This document shows, piece by piece, positions 54,042-62,975 of a stretch of 64,000 nucleotides of DNA. A program made the position numbers and the translations under genes. Under the pieces are notes generated by a model. It worked only from the letters and a program-made list of their open reading frames with translations. It had not been told where the DNA came from and did not search any database. Every line of letters begins with the position of its first letter. Position 1 is the stretch's first letter. Origin of the DNA: an uncultured Candidatus Saccharibacteria bacterium (GTDB lineage Bacteria > Patescibacteriota > Minisyncoccia > Phycocordibacterales > UBA2100); the NCBI GenBank assembly GCA_964586255.1, contig CAZPGE010000002.1, forward strand, positions 42,065-106,064, read 5' to 3'.

Positions 54042-55307
54042 ATGGACGTACTCCTCATCGGTGGTGGGGGAAGAGAGCATGCGCTCGCGTGGAAACTCAA
54101 GCAATCACCGAACCTGGGAAAGCTTTTTATCGCGCCGGGAAATGCCGGCACGCGAGAGCTCGGTGAGAACATCGCGATTGCGGCGACCGACATCCCTGCG
54201 CTCATACAATTTGCCCAGAAAAACGCGGTAGGGCTCACTATCGTCGGGCCTGATGACCCGCTGGCACTCGGTATTGTCGATGAATTTCGTAAGCGCGGCC
54301 TGCGCATCTTCGGGCCAACCAAGGCTTCCGCTCAGATAGAGTCCTCGAAAGCATATGCCAAGGCTCTCATGAAAGAAGCCAAAATTCCCACTGCGGATTT
54401 TGAGACATTTACCGACTATGAAGCGGCGCTCGCCTATGTGCGGCGCAAGGGTGCGCCCATCGTCGTGAAAGCTAGCGGGCTCGCGCTGGGTAAGGGCGTG
54501 TCTGTGTGCACCACGCTCGAAGAAGCTGAAGCTGCGCTCAATGAAATCATGGTGCAGCACATCCATAAAGATGCGGGCAACGAGGTGGTCATTGAGGAGT
54601 TTCTTGTGGGCCAAGAGATATCCATTCATGTACTCAGCGACGGTATCGACTTCAAAATGTTCCCGCCCGCCCAGGACCACAAACGCGCACTCGACGACGA
54701 TCAAGGAAAGAATACAGGCGGGATGGGTACTATAGCGCCAGTGCCGTGGGTGACACCGGAGATGATGTACTCAATAGAGAGAACCATTGTGCGCCCCACG
54801 CTTGAGGCGCTCGCATTTAAATCAGGACCGTTTTCCGGCATGCTGTTTCCCGGCATCATCATGACTATGAATGGGCCAAAGGTTCTCGAATTCAACGCGC
54901 GATTTGGTGACCCGGAGACGCAGGTGTACATGCGACTCATGAGAAACGACCTCCTCGATGTTTTGAATGCCGTCGTAGATAAGTCACTCGGCCACATCAA
55001 CATGGAGTGGCTCCCTATGCACGCGGCCAATGTCGTACTTGCTTCGGGCGGATACCCCGACGCGTATGAGAAAGGATTTGAAATAACGGGGCTTGCAGAG
55101 GCGGGGAAGATGGAGGAAATCGTAGTTTTTCATGCGGGCACGACGCAAGAGGGCGGCACGATAAAGACTGCGGGTGGGAGAGTGCTCGGTGTCTCATCGC
55201 TCGGTAGTCCTCTTAAGAGTGCGCTCGCTCGCGCGTACGCTGCCGCAGACAAGATTCAATTCCAGGGCAAGCACATGCGTCGTGACATCGGTGCAAAATC
55301 TATATAG
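54042..55307 (+). CDS. purD: Phosphoribosylamine--glycine ligase
   Basis: MDVLLIGGGGREHALAWKL... ATP-grasp. Confidence 0.9.
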   Translation: MDVLLIGGGGREHALAWKLKQSPNLGKLFIAPGNAGTRELGENIAIAATDIPALIQFAQKNAVGLTIVGPDDPLALGIVDEFRKRGLRIFGPTKASAQIESSKAYAKALMKEAKIPTADFETFTDYEAALAYVRRKGAPIVVKASGLALGKGVSVCTTLEEAEAALNEIMVQHIHKDAGNEVVIEEFLVGQEISIHVLSDGIDFKMFPPAQDHKRALDDDQGKNTGGMGTIAPVPWVTPEMMYSIERTIVRPTLEALAFKSGPFSGMLFPGIIMTMNGPKVLEFNARFGDPETQVYMRLMRNDLLDVLNAVVDKSLGHINMEWLPMHAANVVLASGGYPDAYEKGFEITGLAEAGKMEEIVVFHAGTTQEGGTIKTAGGRVLGVSSLGSPLKSALARAYAAADKIQFQGKHMRRDIGAKSI

Positions 55308-55321
55308 GGGAGTGATATACT

Positions 55322-58135
55322 TTGCCCATGCAACCGCGCATTGAGAGGCCGCGCGCACCTGGGCCCGAAAAATTCAAATCCGCAGAGGAGGAGCTCGCGT
55401 ATTTGCGCGAGATGGTAAAAGAGAAAGAGCGTGAGCTTGATGCGCCGGCAAATGCGTTTGAGACCGAGCGTATCGCCAAACGCGAGATAGCGGCGTACTC
55501 CGATGTACCCGCTGCACGAGTGCTGCACGAGACTATCGTCATGCCGGAGCACGAGACCGTGCGTCACATCCTCAACCTCGAGCCGGAGGCTCACGACAAA
55601 CAGCTCGACGGCCTCCTGGAGATAGTGGCGCAAAGAGGTATTCGCAATGCGCTTTCGGTCGCGGCACGCATGAAGAATCCGCATCTAGAAGACGACCTTC
55701 ATCGCGCACTTGTGCGATACATCGCCGAAGGTCTCCCGCAAAAGGGGCTTCCATTGCCTGAAAAAGTAAAACACGCGCTCGAGCTCGTGCTCTTCGAGAT
55801 ACAGCCCCAGGCTCATGGAGAAGGCACCAAGGAAGAGTCGAGACAAGTCAAACTCGAGCAGCTTCTCGCCTCATCGGAGCAGCTCTACGCAGGGCTCTCG
55901 GCACTCGTGAGACATGGTGAGGGCTTTGCGCTCGAGATTGCCGTCTCCGATGGTACGGAATCGGCAGCGCTCTTCCTCGCGGTGCCTCGCAGCAAAAAGA
56001 CGCTTGCGGAGCGGCTCATATCTTCGGTCTTCCCAAATTCAAGAATCACCGAGAGTCGGGGTGACTACAACATATTCAACTACGAGGGTGCTCATGCGGG
56101 GGCATACGCCACACTCGCCGACCATCCGGCATTTCCCTTGAAGACGCCGGATATGTTTGAGCACGATCCGATGAACGTTGCGCTCGCAGCGTTTGCAAAG
56201 ATTGCCAAGCACGGCGAGGGGGCAGCAATGCAGATCATGGTCTCCAATGAAGGCGACCGCTACAATCATCATTACAAAAAGATGCTTCGTGAACTCGAGA
56301 AGGGAAAAAACTTGCACCAAGCACTCAAGGTGTCGGAGACGGCTCTAGGCGAAGCGCTTCACGCGGCGGCAAAGCAGATATTTATGCCAGAGCAGCATCA
56401 AAAGGAGCTCGACAACGAGTTTCGTCGCAATTCCGACCAGGTCGCCACTGAAGAGATAAGCAGAAAGATAAAATCGCGCATTGTACCCGCAAGCATCCGT
56501 CTCGTGACATCTGCAAAAGATGAGCGGCGCGCAAAAGAGCTGCTCGAGAATCTTATCGCATCGTTTAGCCAATACGAAAATCCGCGCGGCAACTCACTGC
56601 ACTTCAAACACGTAGGAAGTTGGAGCATCTCAAACTTCTTGCGTGATTTTACCTACCGCACGTTTGACGCATCAATAGCGATGCCGCTCTCGTTAGGGGA
56701 GATAACCGCCATGTTTCACCTCACTGCTGAGCGTGTTACCACATCGCGTGAACTCAAGCGCTCGATGGCCAAGCAGGCGGCTGCGCCGGTCGAGATGGCA
56801 GGTGAGGGTATCACAATTGGCATCAATCGATATGGTGCCGATGAGACTCCGGTACACTTCGCACCCGCCGACCGCTTGCGCCACTGCTACGTCATCGGTC
56901 AGACCGGCACCGGTAAGACAGGCCTCATCAAGAACATGATTATCCAAGACATCAAAAACGGGGAAGGCATCGCATTCATAGATCCGCACGGCAACGATAT
57001 CGAAGACGTGCTCGCATCTATCCCGCCGGAGAGGATGAAAGACGTCATCTACTTCGACCCTGCGTACACGGCTCGACCGATGGGCCTCAACATGCTCGAG
57101 TATGACCGCTCGAAGCCCGAGATGAAGACATTTGTCGTCGACGAAGTGTATGGCATCTTCCGCAAGCTCTATGCCGATGTGCCCGAAGCATTTGGTCCGA
57201 TGTTCGAGCAGTACTACCGCAACGCGGTGCAGCTTGTCGTCGAAGACCCGGATTCCGGCTCCACATTCGTCGAGATACCGCGTGTGTTTGCCGACAAAGC
57301 ATTTCGCGATCTCAAGCTCTCTCGATGCCCCAACCCCATCATCGTGCAGTTTTGGCGCAAGATTGCAGAGCAGGCACAAGGCGACGCATCGCTCGGCGAC
57401 ATCGCGCCGTATATCACGAGCAAATTCGATGTCTTCTTGGCCAACGACATCATGCGTCCCATCGTGTCGCAGGAGAAATCGGCGTTTGATTTCCGAGAAA
57501 TCATGGATTCAAAGAAAATATTCCTTGCCAATCTCTCGAAAGGGCGCCTCGGCGAGCGCAACACTTCACTCCTTGGCCTCATCCTCGTATCGAAATTCTT
57601 GCAGGCTGCATTCTCTCGCGTCGACACACGGGGCGATTTGCCGGTCTTTTACATGTACATCGACGAATTCCAGAACTTTGCGACGCCATCTATCGCCACG
57701 ATTCTCTCCGAGGCGCGTAAATACAAACTCTCACTCACGATTGCGCACCAATTCATCGCGCAACTCGAGGAGAATATTCGCGACGCGGTCATCGGCAACG
57801 TGGGCACCAAGATATCGATGCGCATTGGTACGACCGATGCGGAGTTCCTGGAGAAGCAGTTTGCGCCCACATTTACCGCGCAGGATTTGGAGAATCTTCC
57901 CAACAGAAACGCCGTCGCGGCTCTGCTTGTCGGAGGCACCCCGGCGCGCCCGTTTACCATCGAGACGCAGAATCTCCCGCACTTCGACTTCTCGCATATC
58001 GACGAGCTGAAGGCGCTTTCGTATCAGCGGTACGGCAAAAACCGCGAAGAGGTAGAAGCGGAGATACGACGAAAGTTTGGACAGGGGGCGGCGAAGCCTC
58101 TCGAAGCGGGTCTCCCGTCGCCGTACTTCCAATAA
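55322..58135 (+). CDS. Large P-loop NTPase of the VirD4/TraG-HerA/FtsK (DUF87-like) type (937 aa)
   Basis: Walker A GQTGTGKTG. Walker B ...FYMYIDEFQNF. About 500-aa helical N-terminal region. Confidence 0.5.
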   Translation: MPMQPRIERPRAPGPEKFKSAEEELAYLREMVKEKERELDAPANAFETERIAKREIAAYSDVPAARVLHETIVMPEHETVRHILNLEPEAHDKQLDGLLEIVAQRGIRNALSVAARMKNPHLEDDLHRALVRYIAEGLPQKGLPLPEKVKHALELVLFEIQPQAHGEGTKEESRQVKLEQLLASSEQLYAGLSALVRHGEGFALEIAVSDGTESAALFLAVPRSKKTLAERLISSVFPNSRITESRGDYNIFNYEGAHAGAYATLADHPAFPLKTPDMFEHDPMNVALAAFAKIAKHGEGAAMQIMVSNEGDRYNHHYKKMLRELEKGKNLHQALKVSETALGEALHAAAKQIFMPEQHQKELDNEFRRNSDQVATEEISRKIKSRIVPASIRLVTSAKDERRAKELLENLIASFSQYENPRGNSLHFKHVGSWSISNFLRDFTYRTFDASIAMPLSLGEITAMFHLTAERVTTSRELKRSMAKQAAAPVEMAGEGITIGINRYGADETPVHFAPADRLRHCYVIGQTGTGKTGLIKNMIIQDIKNGEGIAFIDPHGNDIEDVLASIPPERMKDVIYFDPAYTARPMGLNMLEYDRSKPEMKTFVVDEVYGIFRKLYADVPEAFGPMFEQYYRNAVQLVVEDPDSGSTFVEIPRVFADKAFRDLKLSRCPNPIIVQFWRKIAEQAQGDASLGDIAPYITSKFDVFLANDIMRPIVSQEKSAFDFREIMDSKKIFLANLSKGRLGERNTSLLGLILVSKFLQAAFSRVDTRGDLPVFYMYIDEFQNFATPSIATILSEARKYKLSLTIAHQFIAQLEENIRDAVIGNVGTKISMRIGTTDAEFLEKQFAPTFTAQDLENLPNRNAVAALLVGGTPARPFTIETQNLPHFDFSHIDELKALSYQRYGKNREEVEAEIRRKFGQGAAKPLEAGLPSPYFQ

Positions 58136-58172
58136 GTACCGCTCGCGCGCGGATTGTGTTACACTCGCGCGC

Positions 58173-58793
58173 ATGACACACACAGAGAAGTCGCATCCAA
58201 GCAAGGAGCGCACACTCATCATTATTAAGCCGGACGGCGTCCAACGCGGCCTCGTCGGTGAGATTATCAAGCGATACGAGAATGTCGGTCTTAAGATGGT
58301 CGGCATGAAAATGCTCGTCCCAGACCCAGCGCACGTTGAGGCGCACTACACGCTCGACCCAGAGTGGCGCCGCGTCACAGGAGAGAAGACTATCAAGGGA
58401 TACAAAGACAAGGGTCTCACGCCGCCATCGGAAGACCCGATGGAAATTACCGCCAAAATCCTCGGCAACCTGAAGAAATATCTCAGCAGCGGACCGGTCA
58501 TAGCGATGGTCTGGCAGGGAGCTCATGCGGTCAAGATTGTCCGCAAGATTACCGGTGGCACGGAACCGCTTACATCAGACGTCGGCACCATCCGCGGCGA
58601 CTTTGTGCTCGATTCCTATCAGATGTCCGACCCCGACAATCGCGCGGTGCGCAATCTCATCCACGCATCGGGCTCAGTCGATGAGGCTAACGCCGAAATC
58701 AAGCACTGGTTCAAGCCGGAAGAAATGACGAACTACCGCATGATTCACGAGGAGATACTATACGACGTCAACCTCGACGGCATCCTTGAGTAG
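58173..58793 (+). CDS. ndk: Nucleoside diphosphate kinase (long form with insertion)
   Basis: ERTLIIIKPDGVQRGLVGEIIKRYE...NLIHASGS. Confidence 0.85.
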   Translation: MTHTEKSHPSKERTLIIIKPDGVQRGLVGEIIKRYENVGLKMVGMKMLVPDPAHVEAHYTLDPEWRRVTGEKTIKGYKDKGLTPPSEDPMEITAKILGNLKKYLSSGPVIAMVWQGAHAVKIVRKITGGTEPLTSDVGTIRGDFVLDSYQMSDPDNRAVRNLIHASGSVDEANAEIKHWFKPEEMTNYRMIHEEILYDVNLDGILE

Positions 58794-59058
58794 CCATTAA
58801 AATCGCGCATTGCATCGTTGTGGGTCCCAAAGAAATCACTCACCGTATAGTTCATACGGCTCGTGATTTCTTCCTCCCGCGCCTTGCACTGCGCGATTTT
58901 AACCGTCTACTCATCTTATTTGGTATACTCTAATGTAGCGGCTGGTACTAATACCTGCTTGGCTCAATTAGGGCATGCTTACATCGTCGCGAGTTTTGGC
59001 TTGCGTACTGCGGCAACCCACCTGGCGTCAAACCCAGGCTTGCCGTACCTGCCGCAAC

Positions 59059-59087
59059 TAAAAACACCTCGCAAGAGGTGTTTTTAG
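59059..59087. terminator. Symmetric terminator AAAAACACCTC-gcaag-GAGGTGTTTTT
   Basis: Direct inspection. Confidence 0.6.
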
Positions 59088-59133
59088 TTATGCGAATCGC
59101 GGGGAATCCGGACGGAAATGGTAGAATCGTGCA

Positions 59134-59484
59134 ATGCATCGGCGACGTATTCTTTTGGCGCTTGTTGTCGCCGCAGCTGTACTCTACGCAGCGCAGCTTA
59201 TCGGTATTTCTTTCTTTGAACAGAAGGAAGCTAATTGGTATTTCACTCCTGCACACATTATCGGCGGTGTGTGCGCAGCGCTTGCATACATGTACGCAGT
59301 CGAGAGTCTCGCGTTGCGCCCGGCACTGCTCCACTGTCTCGCGGCGGTGCTCTTCGTGGGTGTCTCGTGGGAGATATGGGAGTACGCGACAGTGCCGGGG
59401 CTTCAAAGTCTCGATACGGCGAGCGATATCGTAGCCGATTTGGTGGGCGGATACGTCACTTTCAAGGTAGTGTATAGAGCATGA
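59134..59484 (+). CDS. Small integral membrane protein (3-4 TM)
   Basis: Hydrophobicity only. Overlaps the next start. Confidence 0.4.
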   Translation: MHRRRILLALVVAAAVLYAAQLIGISFFEQKEANWYFTPAHIIGGVCAALAYMYAVESLALRPALLHCLAAVLFVGVSWEIWEYATVPGLQSLDTASDIVADLVGGYVTFKVVYRA

Positions 59485-60842
59485 TGAAGAGCACTGTTAC
59501 ATTTCACGGCGGGGTAGGGACGGTGACGGGTGCGAATTTCCTTTTGGATACCGGCTCGCAGAAGATACTCGTGGATTGCGGTATCCTGCAGCAGGAAAAT
59601 GCGTGCAGTGAGGAGAATTTTGCGCCCTTTTCATATGATGTAAGCGCTGTCGATGCGCTCCTTGTCACTCACGCGCACGCAGACCACATTGGTCGCATCC
59701 CAAAGCTCGTACACGATGGATACAAAGGTCCCATCTACTCTACGCCGGCTACGAAGGACCTCGCGGCCCTTATGTTCGACGACGCGCTCCGTGTCATGAA
59801 AGAGCGCGATGAGAAACAAGGTTGTGGGATGCTCTATGAGAAAGAAGATGCGGAGCGCGCACTCGCCGTATGGCAGGTACATGAATACCGTGCGCCATTC
59901 TCGCTCGGCGACATGTCTGTCGAGTTTACGGACGCAGGTCACATCTTAGGCGCTGCAATCGTGCGTATATCGCGCGCGGGGAGAAGTATCGTCTTTAGCG
60001 GCGACGTCGGCAATTCGCCGGAGCCGCTGCTCAACGACACCGAGATGCCTCGCGACGCCGACTATATGGTAGTGGAGAGCGTATACGGTGACCGCGTGCA
60101 CGAAGGCAAAGAGGGGAGGAAGGAAATGCTTCGCGCTGCAGTGGAGGAGACGAGAAAAAACGTGGGGACGCTACTCATCCCTTCTTTCTCTATAGAGCGT
60201 ACACAGATACTTCTCTATGAGCTCAACGAAATGGTCGAGGGTGGCTCGATGGCTCCAATACCCGTCTTTCTCGACTCTCCGCTCGCGATACGCGTGACCG
60301 ATGTATTCCGGCGGTACAAAGAGCTCCTCAATCCTGCTCTTCGGGCACACTTTGAAGGCGGTGACGACCCGTTTAGCTTCCCGGGCCTCAAGGTGACGCC
60401 CAACATCGGCCAGTCTCGCGATATACACAAAGAGTCCGACCCGAAAATCATCATCGCTGGTGCTGGCATGTCTGGCGGCGGGCGTATACGCGAGCACGAG
60501 CGAGAGTATTTGCCAATGAAAAATGCGACGCTCCTCTTTGTGGGATACCAAGCGCCGGGAAGTCTTGGAAGACGGATCCAAGACGGGGAGAAACACGTCG
60601 TAATCGATGGAGAACACATCCGCATCAAGGCCACGGTCTCCGCTCTTACAGGCTATTCAGGTCACGCAGACCGCGACCAGCTTCTTTCTTTCGTGGAGAG
60701 TGGTGGAGAGAAGCTCAAAAAAGTGTTTGTCACCATGGGAGAGCCAAAGTCTTCTCTCTTTCTTGCGCAGCGCATCAAAGATTTTCTTGGCGTAGAAGCA
60801 ATCGTGCCGGAAAAAGGGGATTCGATTGAGATTGAACTCTAA
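59481..60842 (+). CDS. MBL-fold beta-CASP family hydrolase (RNase J/CPSF73-like RNA-metabolising)
   Basis: HxHxDH (LVTHAHADHIGRIP). Downstream Asp/His motifs. ...GYSGHADRDQLL beta-CASP motif. Confidence 0.8.
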   Translation: MMKSTVTFHGGVGTVTGANFLLDTGSQKILVDCGILQQENACSEENFAPFSYDVSAVDALLVTHAHADHIGRIPKLVHDGYKGPIYSTPATKDLAALMFDDALRVMKERDEKQGCGMLYEKEDAERALAVWQVHEYRAPFSLGDMSVEFTDAGHILGAAIVRISRAGRSIVFSGDVGNSPEPLLNDTEMPRDADYMVVESVYGDRVHEGKEGRKEMLRAAVEETRKNVGTLLIPSFSIERTQILLYELNEMVEGGSMAPIPVFLDSPLAIRVTDVFRRYKELLNPALRAHFEGGDDPFSFPGLKVTPNIGQSRDIHKESDPKIIIAGAGMSGGGRIREHEREYLPMKNATLLFVGYQAPGSLGRRIQDGEKHVVIDGEHIRIKATVSALTGYSGHADRDQLLSFVESGGEKLKKVFVTMGEPKSSLFLAQRIKDFLGVEAIVPEKGDSIEIEL

Positions 60843-60864
60843 GTTGGTGATATACTAATTTCAA

Positions 60865-61548
60865 ATGGGCAAAAGAGTACTCCATCCAAATCACACGGCG
60901 GTGCCGCGCAATTTTTGCAGACTCCCTGATGGATATGGCGTCGTGAAAATCGGCGTCTCGGGTGCTGCGGATACCAAGCACGTCGGACTCGATGCATTCG
61001 AAAAAGGTAAAGAACTCGGACGCGAAATAGCAAAGCAGGGTGGCATCATTACGTCGGGTGCGACCACAGGGTTCCCTATGTACGCGGCTATGGGCGCAAA
61101 AGACGAGTGCGGCTTCTCGATAGGCTTTTCGCCTGCGGCGACGGAACGCGAACACATCGAGACATATAAACTGCCGCTCGATTATATGGATGTCGTAGTC
61201 TACACGGGTTTTGGCTATTCCGGCCGCGATTTACTCTTCGTCCGCTCAAGCGATGCGATGATAATCGGTCCTGGAAGAATAGGCACCATCAACGAATTTG
61301 CTGTCGCGTTTGAAGATAAGCGCCCGCTTGGCATCCTCCAGGGCGAATCGGACACCGACGAACTCCTCTCGCTCCTCATCGATGCGGCACATCGCCCGAA
61401 CCCCAATATCGTATTTGATACCGACCCGAAGAGACTTGTCGAGAAACTCATTGAAATGGTCCACAAACAGAAGTCAGAGGCGATGCTCGTATACAACAAT
61501 CACGATGGGTGGAGTGGGACGGGGAAGGGGGCTGAAGTTATCCTGTAG
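60865..61548 (+). CDS. LOG/TIGR00725-like Rossmann-fold nucleotide-binding protein
   Basis: ...IIGPGRIGTINEF... resembles the PGGxGTxxE motif. Confidence 0.55.
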   Translation: MGKRVLHPNHTAVPRNFCRLPDGYGVVKIGVSGAADTKHVGLDAFEKGKELGREIAKQGGIITSGATTGFPMYAAMGAKDECGFSIGFSPAATEREHIETYKLPLDYMDVVVYTGFGYSGRDLLFVRSSDAMIIGPGRIGTINEFAVAFEDKRPLGILQGESDTDELLSLLIDAAHRPNPNIVFDTDPKRLVEKLIEMVHKQKSEAMLVYNNHDGWSGTGKGAEVIL

Positions 61549-61670
61549 ATCGGGCAAGACTTTTTGGGTCGCTGTCTGGCGCTGCTGCGCCAGCGCTCCC
61601 TCTCGGCCCGTCGGCCTGCGCAACACTCCAAAAGAGAATTAAAAAATCGGGATGAGAGTGATAGGAAAGG

Positions 61671-61700
61671 AAAAAGTCCCGCTTGTGGCGGGACTTTTTC
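61671..61700. terminator. AAAAAGTCCCGC-ttgtg-GCGGGACTTTTTC bidirectional terminator after rplT
   Basis: Direct inspection. Confidence 0.6.
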
Positions 61701-61712
61701 TTGGGAAGACTC

Positions 61713-62057
61713 TTATTTGAGAGTTTCGGCGAGGCGCTTGAATGCCTCTGGGTAGTCTTTGGCGAGTGCCGAGAGGACTTTGCGGTCGATGACATTGCCG
61801 GACTTCTTGAGAGCACTTATGAGCTTCGAGTATGAGAAGCCATTTTCGCGCGCAGCCGCATTGATGCGGATAGTCCAGAGATTGCGGAAGACACGCTTCT
61901 TCTTGCGTCGGTCGCGGAACGCATGAGCACCTGCGTGGTGGATTGCTTCCTTTGCGACGCGCTCTTTGTTCTTACGACCGAAGCGATACCCCTTGGTCTG
62001 GGCCAGAATATTCTTACGGCGCTTATTTTTCGTTGTACCTCGTTTTACGCGTGCCAT
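61713..62057 (-). CDS. rplT: 50S ribosomal protein L20
   Basis: MARVKRGTTKNKRRKNIL... Confidence 0.93.
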   Translation of the reverse strand: MARVKRGTTKNKRRKNILAQTKGYRFGRKNKERVAKEAIHHAGAHAFRDRRKKKRVFRNLWTIRINAAARENGFSYSKLISALKKSGNVIDRKVLSALAKDYPEAFKRLAETLK

Positions 62058-62063
62058 ACAGTA

Positions 62064-62252
62064 TTAGTTGGGGAGAAAGCGGCTGCGGAGCTGTGCAGTC
62101 ATAGTAATAGAACCGGCGCGGCGCTTCTGCTGTCTCTGGGTTCCGGAGTCCTTTGTGTTGAAATGGTTCTGGCCCGGAGCGCGGGAGACAATCTTGCCCT
62201 TTTTGGTTACGCGAAGGCGCTTGCTGAATGATTTGTTGGTTTTCATATTCAA
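62064..62252 (-). CDS. rpmI: 50S ribosomal protein L35
   Basis: MKTNKSFSKRLRVTKKGK... Confidence 0.85.
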   Translation of the reverse strand: MNMKTNKSFSKRLRVTKKGKIVSRAPGQNHFNTKDSGTQRQQKRRAGSITMTAQLRSRFLPN

Positions 62253-62303
62253 ACGATAAGGCCCGCATGAGGCCTTGGCGGCACTATACTTTAAACCCCT
62301 GTT

Positions 62304-62933
62304 TTAATCAAGGTTTTCGGCCTCCGGGGCGTCTTCGGCGGTTCCCGAGGGGGTATCGTGCCGCGAGGTGGCCTTAGCCTGGGCTTTCTTGGAGATGTCG
62401 CGTTCGATGCTCACCGAGAGGCCCTTGGGGCTCTTTTTGATGTCTTCTGCAATCTTGAAGGCTTCCGGGATGATGGCCAAGAAGCGCTCGAGGCGATCTT
62501 TGAGGAATTCAAACTCCATGTACTTGTAGCGGCCCCAGAGGAAGAGGTCGATTTTGACGCGATGACCCTCCCTGAGCCACTCGGCAATCTTGCTTGCCTT
62601 GATGTTCATGTCGTTGGAGCTCGTGCCAATCTTTACCTGGGCCTCTTTCGTCTCGGTGACTTTGGCCTTCGACTTGATGTCCTTGTCCTTCTTCTTCTGT
62701 TCGTAATTAAACTTTCCGTAGTCGGTTATTTTGCATACCGGCGGGGTGGCGTTGGGGGATATCTCGATGAGGTCGAGGCCGAGCTCCTGCGCCTTCGCGA
62801 GAGCGTCGCGTATAGAGAGGACACCGAAGTTCTCGGCGTCGGGTCCTATCACGCGCACTTCCTTGGCGCGGATGCTTTCGTTCATGCGGACGTGTTCCTT
62901 TTCCGCTTGCGACGTGTACTTCGTGAATCCCAT
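62304..62933 (-). CDS. infC: Translation initiation factor IF-3 (true start probably internal or non-ATG)
   Basis: ...IRAKEVRVIGPDAENFGVLSIRDALAKAQELGLDLIEISPNATPPVCKI... Confidence 0.9.
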   Translation of the reverse strand: MGFTKYTSQAEKEHVRMNESIRAKEVRVIGPDAENFGVLSIRDALAKAQELGLDLIEISPNATPPVCKITDYGKFNYEQKKKDKDIKSKAKVTETKEAQVKIGTSSNDMNIKASKIAEWLREGHRVKIDLFLWGRYKYMEFEFLKDRLERFLAIIPEAFKIAEDIKKSPKGLSVSIERDISKKAQAKATSRHDTPSGTAEDAPEAENLD

Positions 62934-62975
62934 TTGTCGCGAAACTATACCACAATCGGGTGTGTATACAATGAG

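Noticed and set aside
58912-59058. Possible tRNA in the ndk-downstream spacer
   Set aside because: No canonical D or T-loop (GTTCRANYC) or cloverleaf could be built by eye. Not called.
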